64,000 nt of DNA from the NCBI GenBank assembly GCA_016183565.1, contig JACPEJ010000001.1, positions 358,479-422,478 on the forward strand, read 5' to 3'. This stretch comes from Candidatus Blackburnbacteria bacterium (lineage in GTDB: Bacteria; Patescibacteriota; Microgenomatia; UBA8517; UBA10165). Both the position numbers and the translations under genes were made by a program. The notes beneath the pieces were generated by a model. That model made no database searches. It worked only from the letters and a program-made list of their open reading frames with translations, and was not told the origin of the DNA. Within the stretch, counting starts at the first letter, position 1, and each line of letters begins with the position of its first letter. Below, in pieces: positions 28,621 to 37,639 of the stretch.

Positions 28621-28657
28621 GAAGTTGTTTTGAAACAGCTTCATAGTTCTTATTTTT
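28621..28657. terminator. putative bidirectional intrinsic terminator between convergent methyltransferase genes
   Basis: Stem GAAGTTGT(28621-28628), loop TTTGAA, stem ACAGCTTC(28635-28642), giving 8 bp with one G-U pair. A T-rich run TTATTTTTAC(28650-28659) follows. There is a 7-nt gap between stem and U-run, which is not ideal. Confidence 0.3.
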
Positions 28658-29396
28658 ACTTTGAAGGTTTTTGAGCAACTACTACAATACCAAGTCCAAA
28701 TGGTAGGTCGAAATAAGTAATTATTTTTGATTCCATAGACAAAAGTGATAATAAAATATCATTAAGTAGCTTGCTTTCAGAACTCACACCTGAAGAAATC
28801 TCTTCTTTGGGGGTAACGCTCTCTGCGAACTGTTTGATCACCGCTAGAGGTAAAAGAATCATATTTACATAGGAAATCCTTTTGACTTCAAAACCTGAGT
28901 TGATTATTTTTCTCTTAATTTCGTTGGTCGAGTACCGCTGTCTTGTGTGTACATGTTTATCATGATTGAGGTGCAACCATTTGTTTGCTGGTACTCTCAC
29001 GATGACAAGCCCGCCAGGTTTTAACACCCGATAAAATTCTTCTAGTGCTTTTGCGTCATTTACTTGTTTGTGGTAAAGAACATCGAGACTCACAATAAGG
29101 TTAAAGCTATCTTTTTTGAAAGGAAGTTTGTTTACCGATCCCTGCTTCACCCGCGCCCCTCTTTTTTTTGCATATTTGATCGCCTCAGTGTTTATGTCAA
29201 TTCCACAAACCTTCCCAAAGCGTCCCAATTTTTTAGCAAGAAGGCCTGTTCCACAGCCGGCATCAAGAATTTTTGCTTTAGATGGTGGAACTTTGAGATA
29301 TTTTTTGACAAGAGAAATTATTATATTGTGATTGCTTACATAGAAGAAATGGGAAGACTCGTTTTTATAGATGTTTTCGTATTCTGAGGTTTGCAT
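28656..29396 (-). CDS. class I SAM-dependent methyltransferase
   Basis: 'ILDAGCGTGLLAKKLGRFGKVCGIDINTEAIKYAKKRG', 'SFNLIVSLDVLYH' and 'VLKPGGLVIV'. Confidence 0.7.
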   Translation of the reverse strand: MQTSEYENIYKNESSHFFYVSNHNIIISLVKKYLKVPPSKAKILDAGCGTGLLAKKLGRFGKVCGIDINTEAIKYAKKRGARVKQGSVNKLPFKKDSFNLIVSLDVLYHKQVNDAKALEEFYRVLKPGGLVIVRVPANKWLHLNHDKHVHTRQRYSTNEIKRKIINSGFEVKRISYVNMILLPLAVIKQFAESVTPKEEISSGVSSESKLLNDILLSLLSMESKIITYFDLPFGLGIVVVAQKPSK

Positions 29397-29404
29397 GATT
29401 AAAC

Positions 29405-30127
29405 CTACCTAGAAGAATTATCAAATATCATCAGCTTAAGCCACAAAGCGCCAATATCTAAATAAGTTTTAATTATTTTTGACGGTCTAAAAAATTGCGA
29501 CTGTCCATATTTTCTGTCGTAATGATGTACAGAAACTTGGCGAAATACTGCCCCGGCCCTTTCTGCTTTCTTTGCAAGCTCTATACAGATTGAGCCACTA
29601 TTGGATTGAAGTTTTATTTTTTTGATGATATCTCGCCTGATTAATCTAAAATCGCAGTCTACGTCATATATTGGGAGCCAAAAAAGCCAGCGGTTTATGA
29701 ATCTATGCATATTACCGAAGAAAATTCGGTGTGGCACATCGCCTCTCCGCATCTTTATGCCATTTATAAAGCTAACGTCTGGAGTCATTAGGCTAAGAAG
29801 TATTGGCATTTCATTTACATCATATTGCCCGTCCCCGTCAGTATAAAAAACTAAATCCTTAGAAGCATTAGCGAAACCGCTTTTTAGTGCCCCACCGTAT
29901 CCGCGATTCTTTTTATGTGTTACTACTTTTAACTTCTTGTGTTTTTTGGCTAATTTCAATAGTACCTCTCCACTTTCATCACGTGATCCATCATTAACTA
30001 CAATAACCTCATGGTCTTTTGCAATTTTTGCTAGAGTATCGAATGCGTCTTTTACTAACCCTCCGATAGTTTTTGCGTCATTATAGCAGGGGAAAAATAC
30101 GGAGATACTTGTGGATTTTTTTGCCAT
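29405..30127 (-). CDS. GT2 polyprenyl-phosphate sugar synthase-like glycosyltransferase (GtrB/DPM1-like, soluble form)
   Basis: 'ISVFFPCYNDAKTIGGLVKDAFDTL', 'EVIVVNDGSRDESGEVL', 'VFYTDGDGQYD', 'GIKMRRGDVPHRIFFGN' and 'DVDCDFRLIRRDII'. The true ATG is at 30127 (M106 of the tracked ORF), overlapping the upstream gene's TGA by 1 nt. The first 105 codons of tracked ORF 29405-30442 lie inside the upstream gene. Confidence 0.65.
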   Translation of the reverse strand: MAKKSTSISVFFPCYNDAKTIGGLVKDAFDTLAKIAKDHEVIVVNDGSRDESGEVLLKLAKKHKKLKVVTHKKNRGYGGALKSGFANASKDLVFYTDGDGQYDVNEMPILLSLMTPDVSFINGIKMRRGDVPHRIFFGNMHRFINRWLFWLPIYDVDCDFRLIRRDIIKKIKLQSNSGSICIELAKKAERAGAVFRQVSVHHYDRKYGQSQFFRPSKIIKTYLDIGALWLKLMIFDNSSR

Positions 30128-31074
30128 CACTTGATAATTTCCTTGATGTTGGCAGAATAATCTATTTTGCCACGGGAGGCAAGCATCATTTCGGCAAGTA
30201 GCCCGGTTGATATAAGCTGAACTCCGACAATTATTAAGAGTATCCCTAAAATAAGGAGCGGTTGTCGACCTTGGACACCTCCTGTTGTTACCCTTAGATA
30301 AGTAATATAAAGACCAATCAGAAATCCAAAAAAGAAAGATATTAAGCCAAATGTGCCAAAGAAATGCCCAGGACGCCTGTTGTATCCGGTTAAGAAGAAT
30401 ATTGTTAAAAGATCCAAAAAGCCCTTGATATTTCTCTCCCAACCAAATTTAGAGATACCATGTTGTCTTGCTCTGTGTTCTACGGGGATCTCTGTTACGC
30501 GGAAAGCCTGTTTTACAGCAAAAACTGGGATGAAACGATACAGCTCTCCGTACAGGTTAAGGCTTTTTACAACTTCTTTTCGATATGCCTTAAATCCGCA
30601 ATTTATATCATGAAGCTTGACACCTGTCAGCAAGGGAGTTAAAAAATTATTCAAAATTCTTGAAGGAATTACTTTAACGGAAGGGTCAAACCTTCGCTTT
30701 TTCCAACCCGATACAAGATCATAACCCTGATCAAGCTTTGCAAGAAAATGTGGGATTTCGGAAGGATTATCTTGAAGATCTCCGTCAAGAGTAAGAACTA
30801 TTTCTCCTGAAGCTTTCTCAAAACCGACCTGAAGAGCTGCTGATTTACCAAAGTTTCCCCTAAAACGGATAACTTTTACATCTATGTCTTTTTTATGCAG
30901 CGCCTTCATTTTTTCAAACGTGCTGTCTGTCGATCCATCATCAATGAAAATTATTTCGTAGCTTTTCTTGAGCTTGCGAACAACAGACACGATTTCTTGG
31001 TATAAAGTAGGAATTGATTCTGCTTCATTTTTGGCGGGAATGATAAATGATAGGTCTGTAGATTTAAGTTTCAT
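30127..31074 (-). CDS. membrane-anchored GT2 polyprenyl-phosphate glycosyltransferase (ArnC/GtrB/CsbB-like)
   Basis: 'LSFIIPAKNEAESI', 'EIIFIDDGSTDST', 'VLTLDGDLQDNPSEIP' and 'DINCGFKAYRKEVV'. Two C-terminal TM helices: 'FFGTFGLISFFFGFLIGLYITYL' and 'LILGILLIIVGVQLISTGLLAEM'. Confidence 0.75.
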   Translation of the reverse strand: MKLKSTDLSFIIPAKNEAESIPTLYQEIVSVVRKLKKSYEIIFIDDGSTDSTFEKMKALHKKDIDVKVIRFRGNFGKSAALQVGFEKASGEIVLTLDGDLQDNPSEIPHFLAKLDQGYDLVSGWKKRRFDPSVKVIPSRILNNFLTPLLTGVKLHDINCGFKAYRKEVVKSLNLYGELYRFIPVFAVKQAFRVTEIPVEHRARQHGISKFGWERNIKGFLDLLTIFFLTGYNRRPGHFFGTFGLISFFFGFLIGLYITYLRVTTGGVQGRQPLLILGILLIIVGVQLISTGLLAEMMLASRGKIDYSANIKEIIK

Positions 31075-31125
31075 TCAAGCAAATTCTATCATTTCCTAAA
31101 GTGCGTTGCCAGCGTGATTATTTTT

Positions 31126-32376
31126 TTAGATAAACTTAATTTTTTTGGCTGCAACTGCGACCATTTTAAGAAGTAGCCAGCCATGGATAATACGATTGAT
31201 ATTGCTTTTACCATATTTTCTTTCTCTATATCTTACCGGTACTTCTATAATTTTTAAGTTTAATTTGGTGGCGCCAAACAAAAGGTCAAAGTCTCCGAAG
31301 GGGTCTAGTTCCCCAAATGTTTTTCTATTCTTTTCAATTTCTAAATAGTCTTTTCGAAAAAGAACTTTGGTGCCGCACAAAGTGTCTTTAATTTTTTGCC
31401 CTAAAAGGAAAGTGAAGGTGAGGCTAAATAATTTGTTGCCTAGATAGTTTAGAGATCTCATTGCTTGTTTGGGTACCGGATAAATAAGGCGCGAGCCATT
31501 TGCAAAATCGCAATGATTTTCTGAGAGTGCACGGTAGAACTTGATTAGATCAGAGGGAGGGACAGTTAGGTCTGCGTCAAGAATTATTAAAATATCATTC
31601 TTTGCTTTTTGGAAACCTAGGCGCACTGCGTCGGCTTTTCCTTTGTTTTTTTGTTTGCATAAAAGGGTCTTGAATTTTTTCGCGTTCATTATTTCTTTTT
31701 GTATTACGGCATAAGTATTGTCAGTTGAGTGTCCTTCTATAAATATAACTTCGGTTTTTTTCCCTAGATTTGGGATTTCTTTTAATAACTTTTTGATGTT
31801 ACCTGCTTCGTTGCGGGCTGGGATGATTATGGAGACCGAATAGTGTTTGGGTTGGGGTTTTAGACGGAATATTTGGTAGGTTACTAGACAAAGCTTGTTT
31901 ATTAGAGGTAGTTGTCCTATGAAGTTGTTTATTAGGGGTGAGAAGGATCCTAGGGGTATTGGTAGAAGAAGCCTTCTTCCTCTTTTTACCTCTTCGCACC
32001 CTTCTAGTTGGAAAATATTGTTAATGTCTTGTTGTGATAGCCAATTGGGTTCTCTTGGGTCTTTTTTTCGGAGACCAAAAAATGTAGCAAGGTCAAGAAT
32101 TGGTTTCCATAGAAAACTATAGCCAACTACCACGATGCGGCTGCGCGGTTTGCAGTATTTTTTTAGTTTTCCTACTGAGTTTTGTACATCTTCACTATAT
32201 GCCAAAGAATTTTGCAGTAGGAGGTAATCAGATTTTCCATTGGCTTTCTCTTCGCCGATTCTTGTTGAAGAATACCCTCGCGGAACGATTTGTTTAAAGA
32301 ACCTTTCCAGATCTTTCTGGTAATAATCTGCAAAGATATTCATCTTGTTGTTTTTGTGGTGATCCACTATTATCAT
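31126..32376 (-). CDS. GT2 polyprenyl-phosphate sugar synthase-like glycosyltransferase with a ~170-aa N-terminal extension of unknown function
   Basis: The C-terminal 245 aa read 'VSIIIPARNEAGNI', 'EVIFIEGHSTDNT', 'ILIILDADLTVPPSD', 'GSRLIYPVPKQAMRS' and 'KDTLCGTKVLFRKDY'. The N-terminal region 'MNIFADYYQKDLERFF...RIVVVGYSFLW' has no GT motif. Confidence 0.65.
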   Translation of the reverse strand: MIIVDHHKNNKMNIFADYYQKDLERFFKQIVPRGYSSTRIGEEKANGKSDYLLLQNSLAYSEDVQNSVGKLKKYCKPRSRIVVVGYSFLWKPILDLATFFGLRKKDPREPNWLSQQDINNIFQLEGCEEVKRGRRLLLPIPLGSFSPLINNFIGQLPLINKLCLVTYQIFRLKPQPKHYSVSIIIPARNEAGNIKKLLKEIPNLGKKTEVIFIEGHSTDNTYAVIQKEIMNAKKFKTLLCKQKNKGKADAVRLGFQKAKNDILIILDADLTVPPSDLIKFYRALSENHCDFANGSRLIYPVPKQAMRSLNYLGNKLFSLTFTFLLGQKIKDTLCGTKVLFRKDYLEIEKNRKTFGELDPFGDFDLLFGATKLNLKIIEVPVRYRERKYGKSNINRIIHGWLLLKMVAVAAKKIKFI

Positions 32377-32393
32377 ACGTAGTATACAAGTTC

Positions 32394-33239
32394 ATGCAAA
32401 AGGGTCTAGTGTCGGTAATTATTACAACCAAAAACGAGCAAGATGTTATTAGGGATTTGCTTTCGAGTATAAAAGAGCAAAGTTACGAAAAATTCGAAAT
32501 CATTGTGGTTGATAACAATTCTACGGATAAAACGCGGGAGATTGCTAGAAAATATACAAAAAAAGTTTACACAAAAGGGCCGGAGCGTTCAGCGCAGAGG
32601 AATTATGGAGTTGAGAACGCAAGTGGAGAATATGTGCTTATTTTAGATGCAGATCAACAGCTTGCGCCAACGATTCTGCAGGAATGTGTGGATCAGTTTG
32701 AAAAGGACTCTACACTTGGTGCTTTGGTGATACCGGAAAAATCTTTCGGTAAAGGATTCTGGACGCAATTTAAAGTGTTTGAAAGGGAATTTTATGTTGG
32801 CGAGGATGATATAGAAGCTGCACGATTTTTTCAAAAAAGTTTGTTTGATAAATTTGGTGGTTATGACCTTTCGATTACCGGACCCGAGGATTGGGATTTA
32901 CCACTGAGAATGAGGAAGGCAGGTGTAAAAATTGGCCGGATTAAAAGTTTTATTTTGCACAATGAGAGGGTTTTCAACCCCTGGAAATCCGCGAAAAAGA
33001 AGTTTTATTATGCCAAAGGTAGCCGTGAGTACCTGAGAAGGCATCCGGAGAAAGCTTTTACACAGGGTAACCTTCTTTTCAGGAATGTTTTTTTTAGAAA
33101 GTGGAGAAGGCTTGTAGCAAACCCATTTTTAGCGTTAGGTATGTTTAGTATTAGAGCGCTTGAGATGAGCGGTGCTCTGGTAGGTGTAATATATTCTGTC
33201 GTGTGTCCGTTAAGCAAAGTTAAGCATTACATTTTTTGA
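32394..33239 (+). CDS. GT2-family glycosyltransferase
   Basis: 'VSVIITTKNEQDVI', 'EIIVVDNNSTDKTREIA' and 'VLILDADQ'. Only 17 bp separate it from the divergent upstream gene. Confidence 0.65.
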   Translation: MQKGLVSVIITTKNEQDVIRDLLSSIKEQSYEKFEIIVVDNNSTDKTREIARKYTKKVYTKGPERSAQRNYGVENASGEYVLILDADQQLAPTILQECVDQFEKDSTLGALVIPEKSFGKGFWTQFKVFEREFYVGEDDIEAARFFQKSLFDKFGGYDLSITGPEDWDLPLRMRKAGVKIGRIKSFILHNERVFNPWKSAKKKFYYAKGSREYLRRHPEKAFTQGNLLFRNVFFRKWRRLVANPFLALGMFSIRALEMSGALVGVIYSVVCPLSKVKHYIF

Positions 33240-33253
33240 GAAATGGAGAGCGA

Positions 33254-34462
33254 ATGGAGAAAACAGCACTTCAAGATAAACTTAGTTCTATGAATGTAGT
33301 GATCGCGTCTCATGTGTTTGCATCAGGACCTTCTTTAGACTTGGAGGAATATTTAAAAGATAAAGTGAGATACCTTCTTTATATTGGGCACCCTTTTGCT
33401 GAAAGGACTGATGTGCGTTCTTTTTGTAGAGAGTACCGAAAGGGAACTTTGGTGAGGAAACACGAAGCATATCCAGTAAGATTATCGAGTTTTTTTGTTT
33501 ATTTTAAGGAGGCGTTTTATACAATGTTTTGGCTTCTGTTTACTAGGGAAAAAATTGACTTGTATATAGGCTCTGATAATTATATGGCGTATTTGGGTTT
33601 ATTGGCGAAAAAGACTGGAAGGGTTAGGAAGGTGGTTTTATATACGATTGATTTTGTTCCAAAGAGATTTAAAAATCCAGCGTTGAATTGGCTTTATCAT
33701 TTTTTTGATAGAGAATGCTTGAATAAATGCGATATGGTATGGAATGTTTCTTCTGCGATAACTCAAGCGCGAGAGGAGTATTACAGAGGTCTGAGAAGGT
33801 GTGCAAAACAGATTGTAGTGCCTTTAGGGATTTGGCACGACCGTATATCGAAGTTACCTTTTACCAAAAGGAGTGAGAATAAGATAATATTTCTTGGTCA
33901 TTTATTAGAAAAACAGGGATTGTCTTTAGTCATAGAAGCTTTGCCTTTGATAGCAAGAAAGTTGCCGAGTTTGAAACTTGTTATTATTGGTACAGGTCCG
34001 TTTGAGAGGCACCTGAAGTTGTTGGTAGCCAAACTGAGAGTTGGTAGACGTGTTGAGTTTAGAGGATATGTAGAAAATCACCGAGATGTAGAAGAGGAGC
34101 TTTCAGACAGTACGATTGCAGTGGCTATGTATAAGCCAGATCCGGAATCCTTTACTTATTTTGCTGATCCTGCGAAAATTAAAAATTATTTATCTGCTGG
34201 TTTACCGGTGATTCTTACTGATGTCCCGCCAATAGCAGAGGAAATTGCCCAAAAACGCTGTGCGTTGATTGCAAAATATGATGTTTATGATTTTGCTGAT
34301 AAGGTTGATGCTTTGTTAACTGATCGAAGAATGCTTAGCGAGTACAGTAAAAATGCTATAAAATTTGCAGAACAGTTTGATTGGGATAAGGTTTTTACAG
34401 AGGCTTTAGAAAAAACCCTTCAGCAACCTGCTTCATCATTGCTTCTTAAGCAAAAAAATTAA
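33254..34462 (+). CDS. GT4-family glycosyltransferase (member of a three-paralog family with 37640-38824 and 55454-56592)
   Basis: 'LYTIDFVPKRFKNPALNWLYHFFDRECLNKCDMVWNVSSAITQARE' and 'KIIFLGHLLEKQGLSLVIEALPLIARKLPSLKLVIIGTGP'. ATG at 33254 is preceded by GGAGAG; the track starts at TTG 33236. Confidence 0.65.
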   Translation: MEKTALQDKLSSMNVVIASHVFASGPSLDLEEYLKDKVRYLLYIGHPFAERTDVRSFCREYRKGTLVRKHEAYPVRLSSFFVYFKEAFYTMFWLLFTREKIDLYIGSDNYMAYLGLLAKKTGRVRKVVLYTIDFVPKRFKNPALNWLYHFFDRECLNKCDMVWNVSSAITQAREEYYRGLRRCAKQIVVPLGIWHDRISKLPFTKRSENKIIFLGHLLEKQGLSLVIEALPLIARKLPSLKLVIIGTGPFERHLKLLVAKLRVGRRVEFRGYVENHRDVEEELSDSTIAVAMYKPDPESFTYFADPAKIKNYLSAGLPVILTDVPPIAEEIAQKRCALIAKYDVYDFADKVDALLTDRRMLSEYSKNAIKFAEQFDWDKVFTEALEKTLQQPASSLLLKQKN

Positions 34463-35152
34463 ATTGTTGTGATTCTTATAGACTTTCTTATACCTTGCCT
34501 TAACCAACAACCTTTCCATGGCTTCATCTGTCAGTATATCAGCCTCGACACAAACTATCGTAGGTCTAAATTTCCCCCAATCGTTACTTTTTAAAACCTC
34601 AAGATCGTATCCCTCAACATCCACACTTAAAAAATCAATTTTTTTGTTTTTGCAATATTCTTTGAATATTTCACTTAGTCTTGAAACTTTTATTCTTGAA
34701 GTCTCAACTAGCTTAAATCCTTCCTTTTTATAATTCTCTGCGGCTTTTTTCGAAAAAGTTGAAAGTGTTTCCGGTTCAAACTTAAAATACTCAAGTTTTC
34801 CACTTTTGTTTGCAATCCCGAGGTTTAAGTTTGTGTCTCTGGGACGCGAGTTATAGAATTTCTTAATTTTTCGAGGATCTGGTTCAATATTTATTCCTGT
34901 CCAACCGCGTGCATAAAACCTCTTTGTGTTGCTGAGTCTTGTAGGATTGTATGCGCCCACATCAACGTAAAACCCAGATTTTCTATTTCCCAACAAGTTA
35001 TCGATCAAAATATCCTCTCCGTTTTGACTAAACGATTTTTGAAGAAACCCTCTTTTTAACATCAGAATCTCTCCGATTAAGTACTGAAATAGTCTCATTG
35101 GGCCGTACAGTTTTAAATAGTTGTAAGATTTTAGAATCATCGAGATTTTCAA
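34436..35152 (-). CDS. FkbM-family methyltransferase
   Basis: 'GFYVDVGAYNPTRLSNTKRFYARGWTGINIEPDP' and 'IDFLSVDVEGYDLEVL' are FkbM hallmarks. TTG start at 35152 with an internal ATG at 35140. Its 3' end overlaps the convergent GT4 gene by 27 nt. Confidence 0.7.
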   Translation of the reverse strand: MKISMILKSYNYLKLYGPMRLFQYLIGEILMLKRGFLQKSFSQNGEDILIDNLLGNRKSGFYVDVGAYNPTRLSNTKRFYARGWTGINIEPDPRKIKKFYNSRPRDTNLNLGIANKSGKLEYFKFEPETLSTFSKKAAENYKKEGFKLVETSRIKVSRLSEIFKEYCKNKKIDFLSVDVEGYDLEVLKSNDWGKFRPTIVCVEADILTDEAMERLLVKARYKKVYKNHNNLIFLLKKQ

Positions 35153-36222
35153 TAATGCGTATGCAACTGATAGTCTCTACATATTTGGCTAATTAGTTGG
35201 GGTCCTTCGAAGATAATACCTGTTATTAGTTGGATTAGGTCTGCGCCAGCGGAAAATTTCTCCAGGGCGTCTTTTGTATTAAACACGCCTCCGCAGCCAA
35301 TGATTGCGACATTGCCCCCAAACTTTTTACGTGTATGGGAAATGAGGTGGTTGGCACCTTTTGTAGTCGGTTTTCCACTGAAATTGCCTTTGAGGTTAGC
35401 GACATTTAAAATTTCGTTCTGATCGAAAGCCCGATTTTCTCTGTTTTTGACTAAGTTAGAAAATATGAAGCCACTGATTCCCTGGGTTAAAGCTGCCTCT
35501 ACTAACAAGTCGCTTTTTTTAGCGTCAATCTCATTGGGCATTTTTACAAAAATGGGCTTTTCCATACTAAGAGAGGTAACCTCTTTGACGAGATTTTTGA
35601 AATTTTGTACCTCGATAAACGACTCGGTCATGTTGGTATTTGGACAGCTTATATTTAGTTCGAAATATTTAATGTATTTTTTCTTTTTAAAGATATCAAA
35701 AGAAAATGTATAATCATCAATAGCTTTGTTGATTGTGTTGACTTTTGGACTGTTGGTACTGCCTATGCTTATTCCCACTGTGTGGCCCTGCAGGTCTTTT
35801 TTATCGAGCCTTTGAGCTACTGCAATGGCGCCTTCTGATTTGAAGCCCTTGTTAACTAATATTGACCTTGATTTAGGGAGTCTTACCAATCTTGGCTTAG
35901 GATTTCCTTCATAAGGTTTTGCTGTAACTGTACCAACTGTATTAAATCCAAAGCCTATGTACTTTAAGACTTTTGCCAGATGTCCATCGTAATCAAAACC
36001 TGCTGATAAACCGGTCGGGTTTTCAAAATCTATGCCAAGTACTTTCCTCTTTAAGGCTGGGTCTCTAAAGGCAAAGAGCCAAGATAGTAGACTGTTTTGG
36101 TTTTCTAGATTCTCTCCGAGCTTTGTGATTGTATCGTGTACAATTTCGGCATCTATCTGAAAGGCAATTGGTCTAAAGAGGTTTTTGTATAAAAGGGTTG
36201 CTATGTGACTTTTGTAATTCAT
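35149..36222 (-). CDS. pyrD: dihydroorotate dehydrogenase (class 2, quinone-type)-like flavoenzyme
   Basis: 'GIDFENPTGLSAGFDYDGH', 'NTVGTVTAKPYEGNPKPRLVRLPKSRSILVNKGFKSEG', 'ISCPNT' and 'IIGCGGVFNTKDALEKFSAGADLIQL'. ATG at 36222 overlaps the upstream TGA (ATGA). Confidence 0.65.
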   Translation of the reverse strand: MNYKSHIATLLYKNLFRPIAFQIDAEIVHDTITKLGENLENQNSLLSWLFAFRDPALKRKVLGIDFENPTGLSAGFDYDGHLAKVLKYIGFGFNTVGTVTAKPYEGNPKPRLVRLPKSRSILVNKGFKSEGAIAVAQRLDKKDLQGHTVGISIGSTNSPKVNTINKAIDDYTFSFDIFKKKKYIKYFELNISCPNTNMTESFIEVQNFKNLVKEVTSLSMEKPIFVKMPNEIDAKKSDLLVEAALTQGISGFIFSNLVKNRENRAFDQNEILNVANLKGNFSGKPTTKGANHLISHTRKKFGGNVAIIGCGGVFNTKDALEKFSAGADLIQLITGIIFEGPQLISQICRDYQLHTHY

Positions 36223-37628
36223 GGTTGAAATTTCTTGAGGACATTTTTCCCGACTCTTGCAGCATTGGCCATTATTGTTAATGTTGGTGGTTTTGCGGGC
36301 AATACTTTCCATGTTGAGGAATCGGCAATGTAAATTCTTTTGGCTTGGTGTAACCTCCCTTTTGAATCTGTTGACAGTTTACCTTGCTTAGATTGAAAAG
36401 AAACCCCGCCAGCGTAATGTGAAGTGACATTGCTTGTGATCGTTTTCATTGGAAGTAGCCCAAAAGACTGAATTTTTCTGTAGATCTTTTTCAGTTCCTC
36501 TTTGTGCTTTTTAATCTCCCTATCTGTTGTATGTGATGATACTTCTAAAACACCTATATCGCACTTTTCCTTTTTTAATCTACAGAAACTCTTATTTGAT
36601 TTAAATGTTGGAAAACGTACGTCTACTATTACCAGGTATGGTGCGATTATTGAAAAAAACAAAGAAGCAAGTGGCTTTGGTAAAGGAATATATTGAAGAG
36701 CCAAATCTTGCGCAAGAGGGTTACATCTATAAAACTGGACGAAAAAAGAATTTAAGTCTTGGTCAAGATCATTGCAAGTTAGTGAAACTTGGCCGAGGCT
36801 AGCTATATTATTCTGGCGTCTTTTTAGTAATGTTTGGGGGTGTAAGCATACAAGCATTGTGTGCCCTTTTGTCAAGAAAGGAACCTGGTAATTATAAAGC
36901 CTAAAGCTTTGCAAGAGAATTCTTGTGGTGTTAATGGCACCTGCTGCCAAAATTAAATAACGTGATTTAATATACGATTTTTCTTGACTCTCAATCGAAA
37001 TACTCTCGATTTCTACGTGTTTGTTTTTATCTTTTACTTTCAGAACCAATTGTTTGGGTATATAGGTAAAGTTTTTGTACTTTTTTAAATCTTCGATCAC
37101 ACTCTTAGTACGGTAAGGATATGCAATAGGTAGTCTATAAACTTGATTCTTTGCTTTTTTCAAGATTAGTTGTCCATGTAAATCAAGCTGTGGTTTAGTT
37201 TTAAGGTTTATGCGCTTTGCGATCTCTTTATATTCTTTTTGAATCTCTAGAGCTGGAAGACCAGTCTCAGCGAGCTCTGAATCTGTGAAATAGTCACAAA
37301 TGCCGTGCCAAATTTCTGACAAGCCACCCTTTGCCAAACTTTGGATGATCTCAATATTGCTTTGAACTTTCAGAAGTTGGTAAGTTTTGGTAAAAACATA
37401 ACCACTTTTTATTAAGAGATCATACGGGTTGCTTTTGTTGTGTAGTTTTTTGTTTATAGGTTGGTTATCTTGCTTTTTGCTGTCTAACCCGCCGTCTATA
37501 ATTGCAACTCGCAATCCTGCTTCAACTAGAGGGTATGCTGCGTGTACTCCCGCCGGGCCTGAACCCACAACGATCACATCATGGAGAGTGTTTGGCTTAG
37601 CTGTAGAATGGCCCGAATTGTGTAGCAT
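36219..37628 (-). CDS. GMC-family FAD-dependent oxidoreductase
   Basis: N-terminal 'VIVVGSGPAGVHAAYPLVEAGLRVAIIDGG' is the GxGxxG FAD site. The C-terminal 'HYAGGVSF...RIYIADSSTWKVLPAKPPTLTIMANAARVGKNV' is the GMC substrate-binding and active-site His region. Confidence 0.6.
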   Translation of the reverse strand: MLHNSGHSTAKPNTLHDVIVVGSGPAGVHAAYPLVEAGLRVAIIDGGLDSKKQDNQPINKKLHNKSNPYDLLIKSGYVFTKTYQLLKVQSNIEIIQSLAKGGLSEIWHGICDYFTDSELAETGLPALEIQKEYKEIAKRINLKTKPQLDLHGQLILKKAKNQVYRLPIAYPYRTKSVIEDLKKYKNFTYIPKQLVLKVKDKNKHVEIESISIESQEKSYIKSRYLILAAGAINTTRILLQSFRLYNYQVPFLTKGHTMLVCLHPQTLLKRRQNNIASLGQVSLTCNDLDQDLNSFFVQFYRCNPLAQDLALQYIPLPKPLASLFFSIIAPYLVIVDVRFPTFKSNKSFCRLKKEKCDIGVLEVSSHTTDREIKKHKEELKKIYRKIQSFGLLPMKTITSNVTSHYAGGVSFQSKQGKLSTDSKGRLHQAKRIYIADSSTWKVLPAKPPTLTIMANAARVGKNVLKKFQP

Positions 37629-37639
37629 TTTAATATTAT

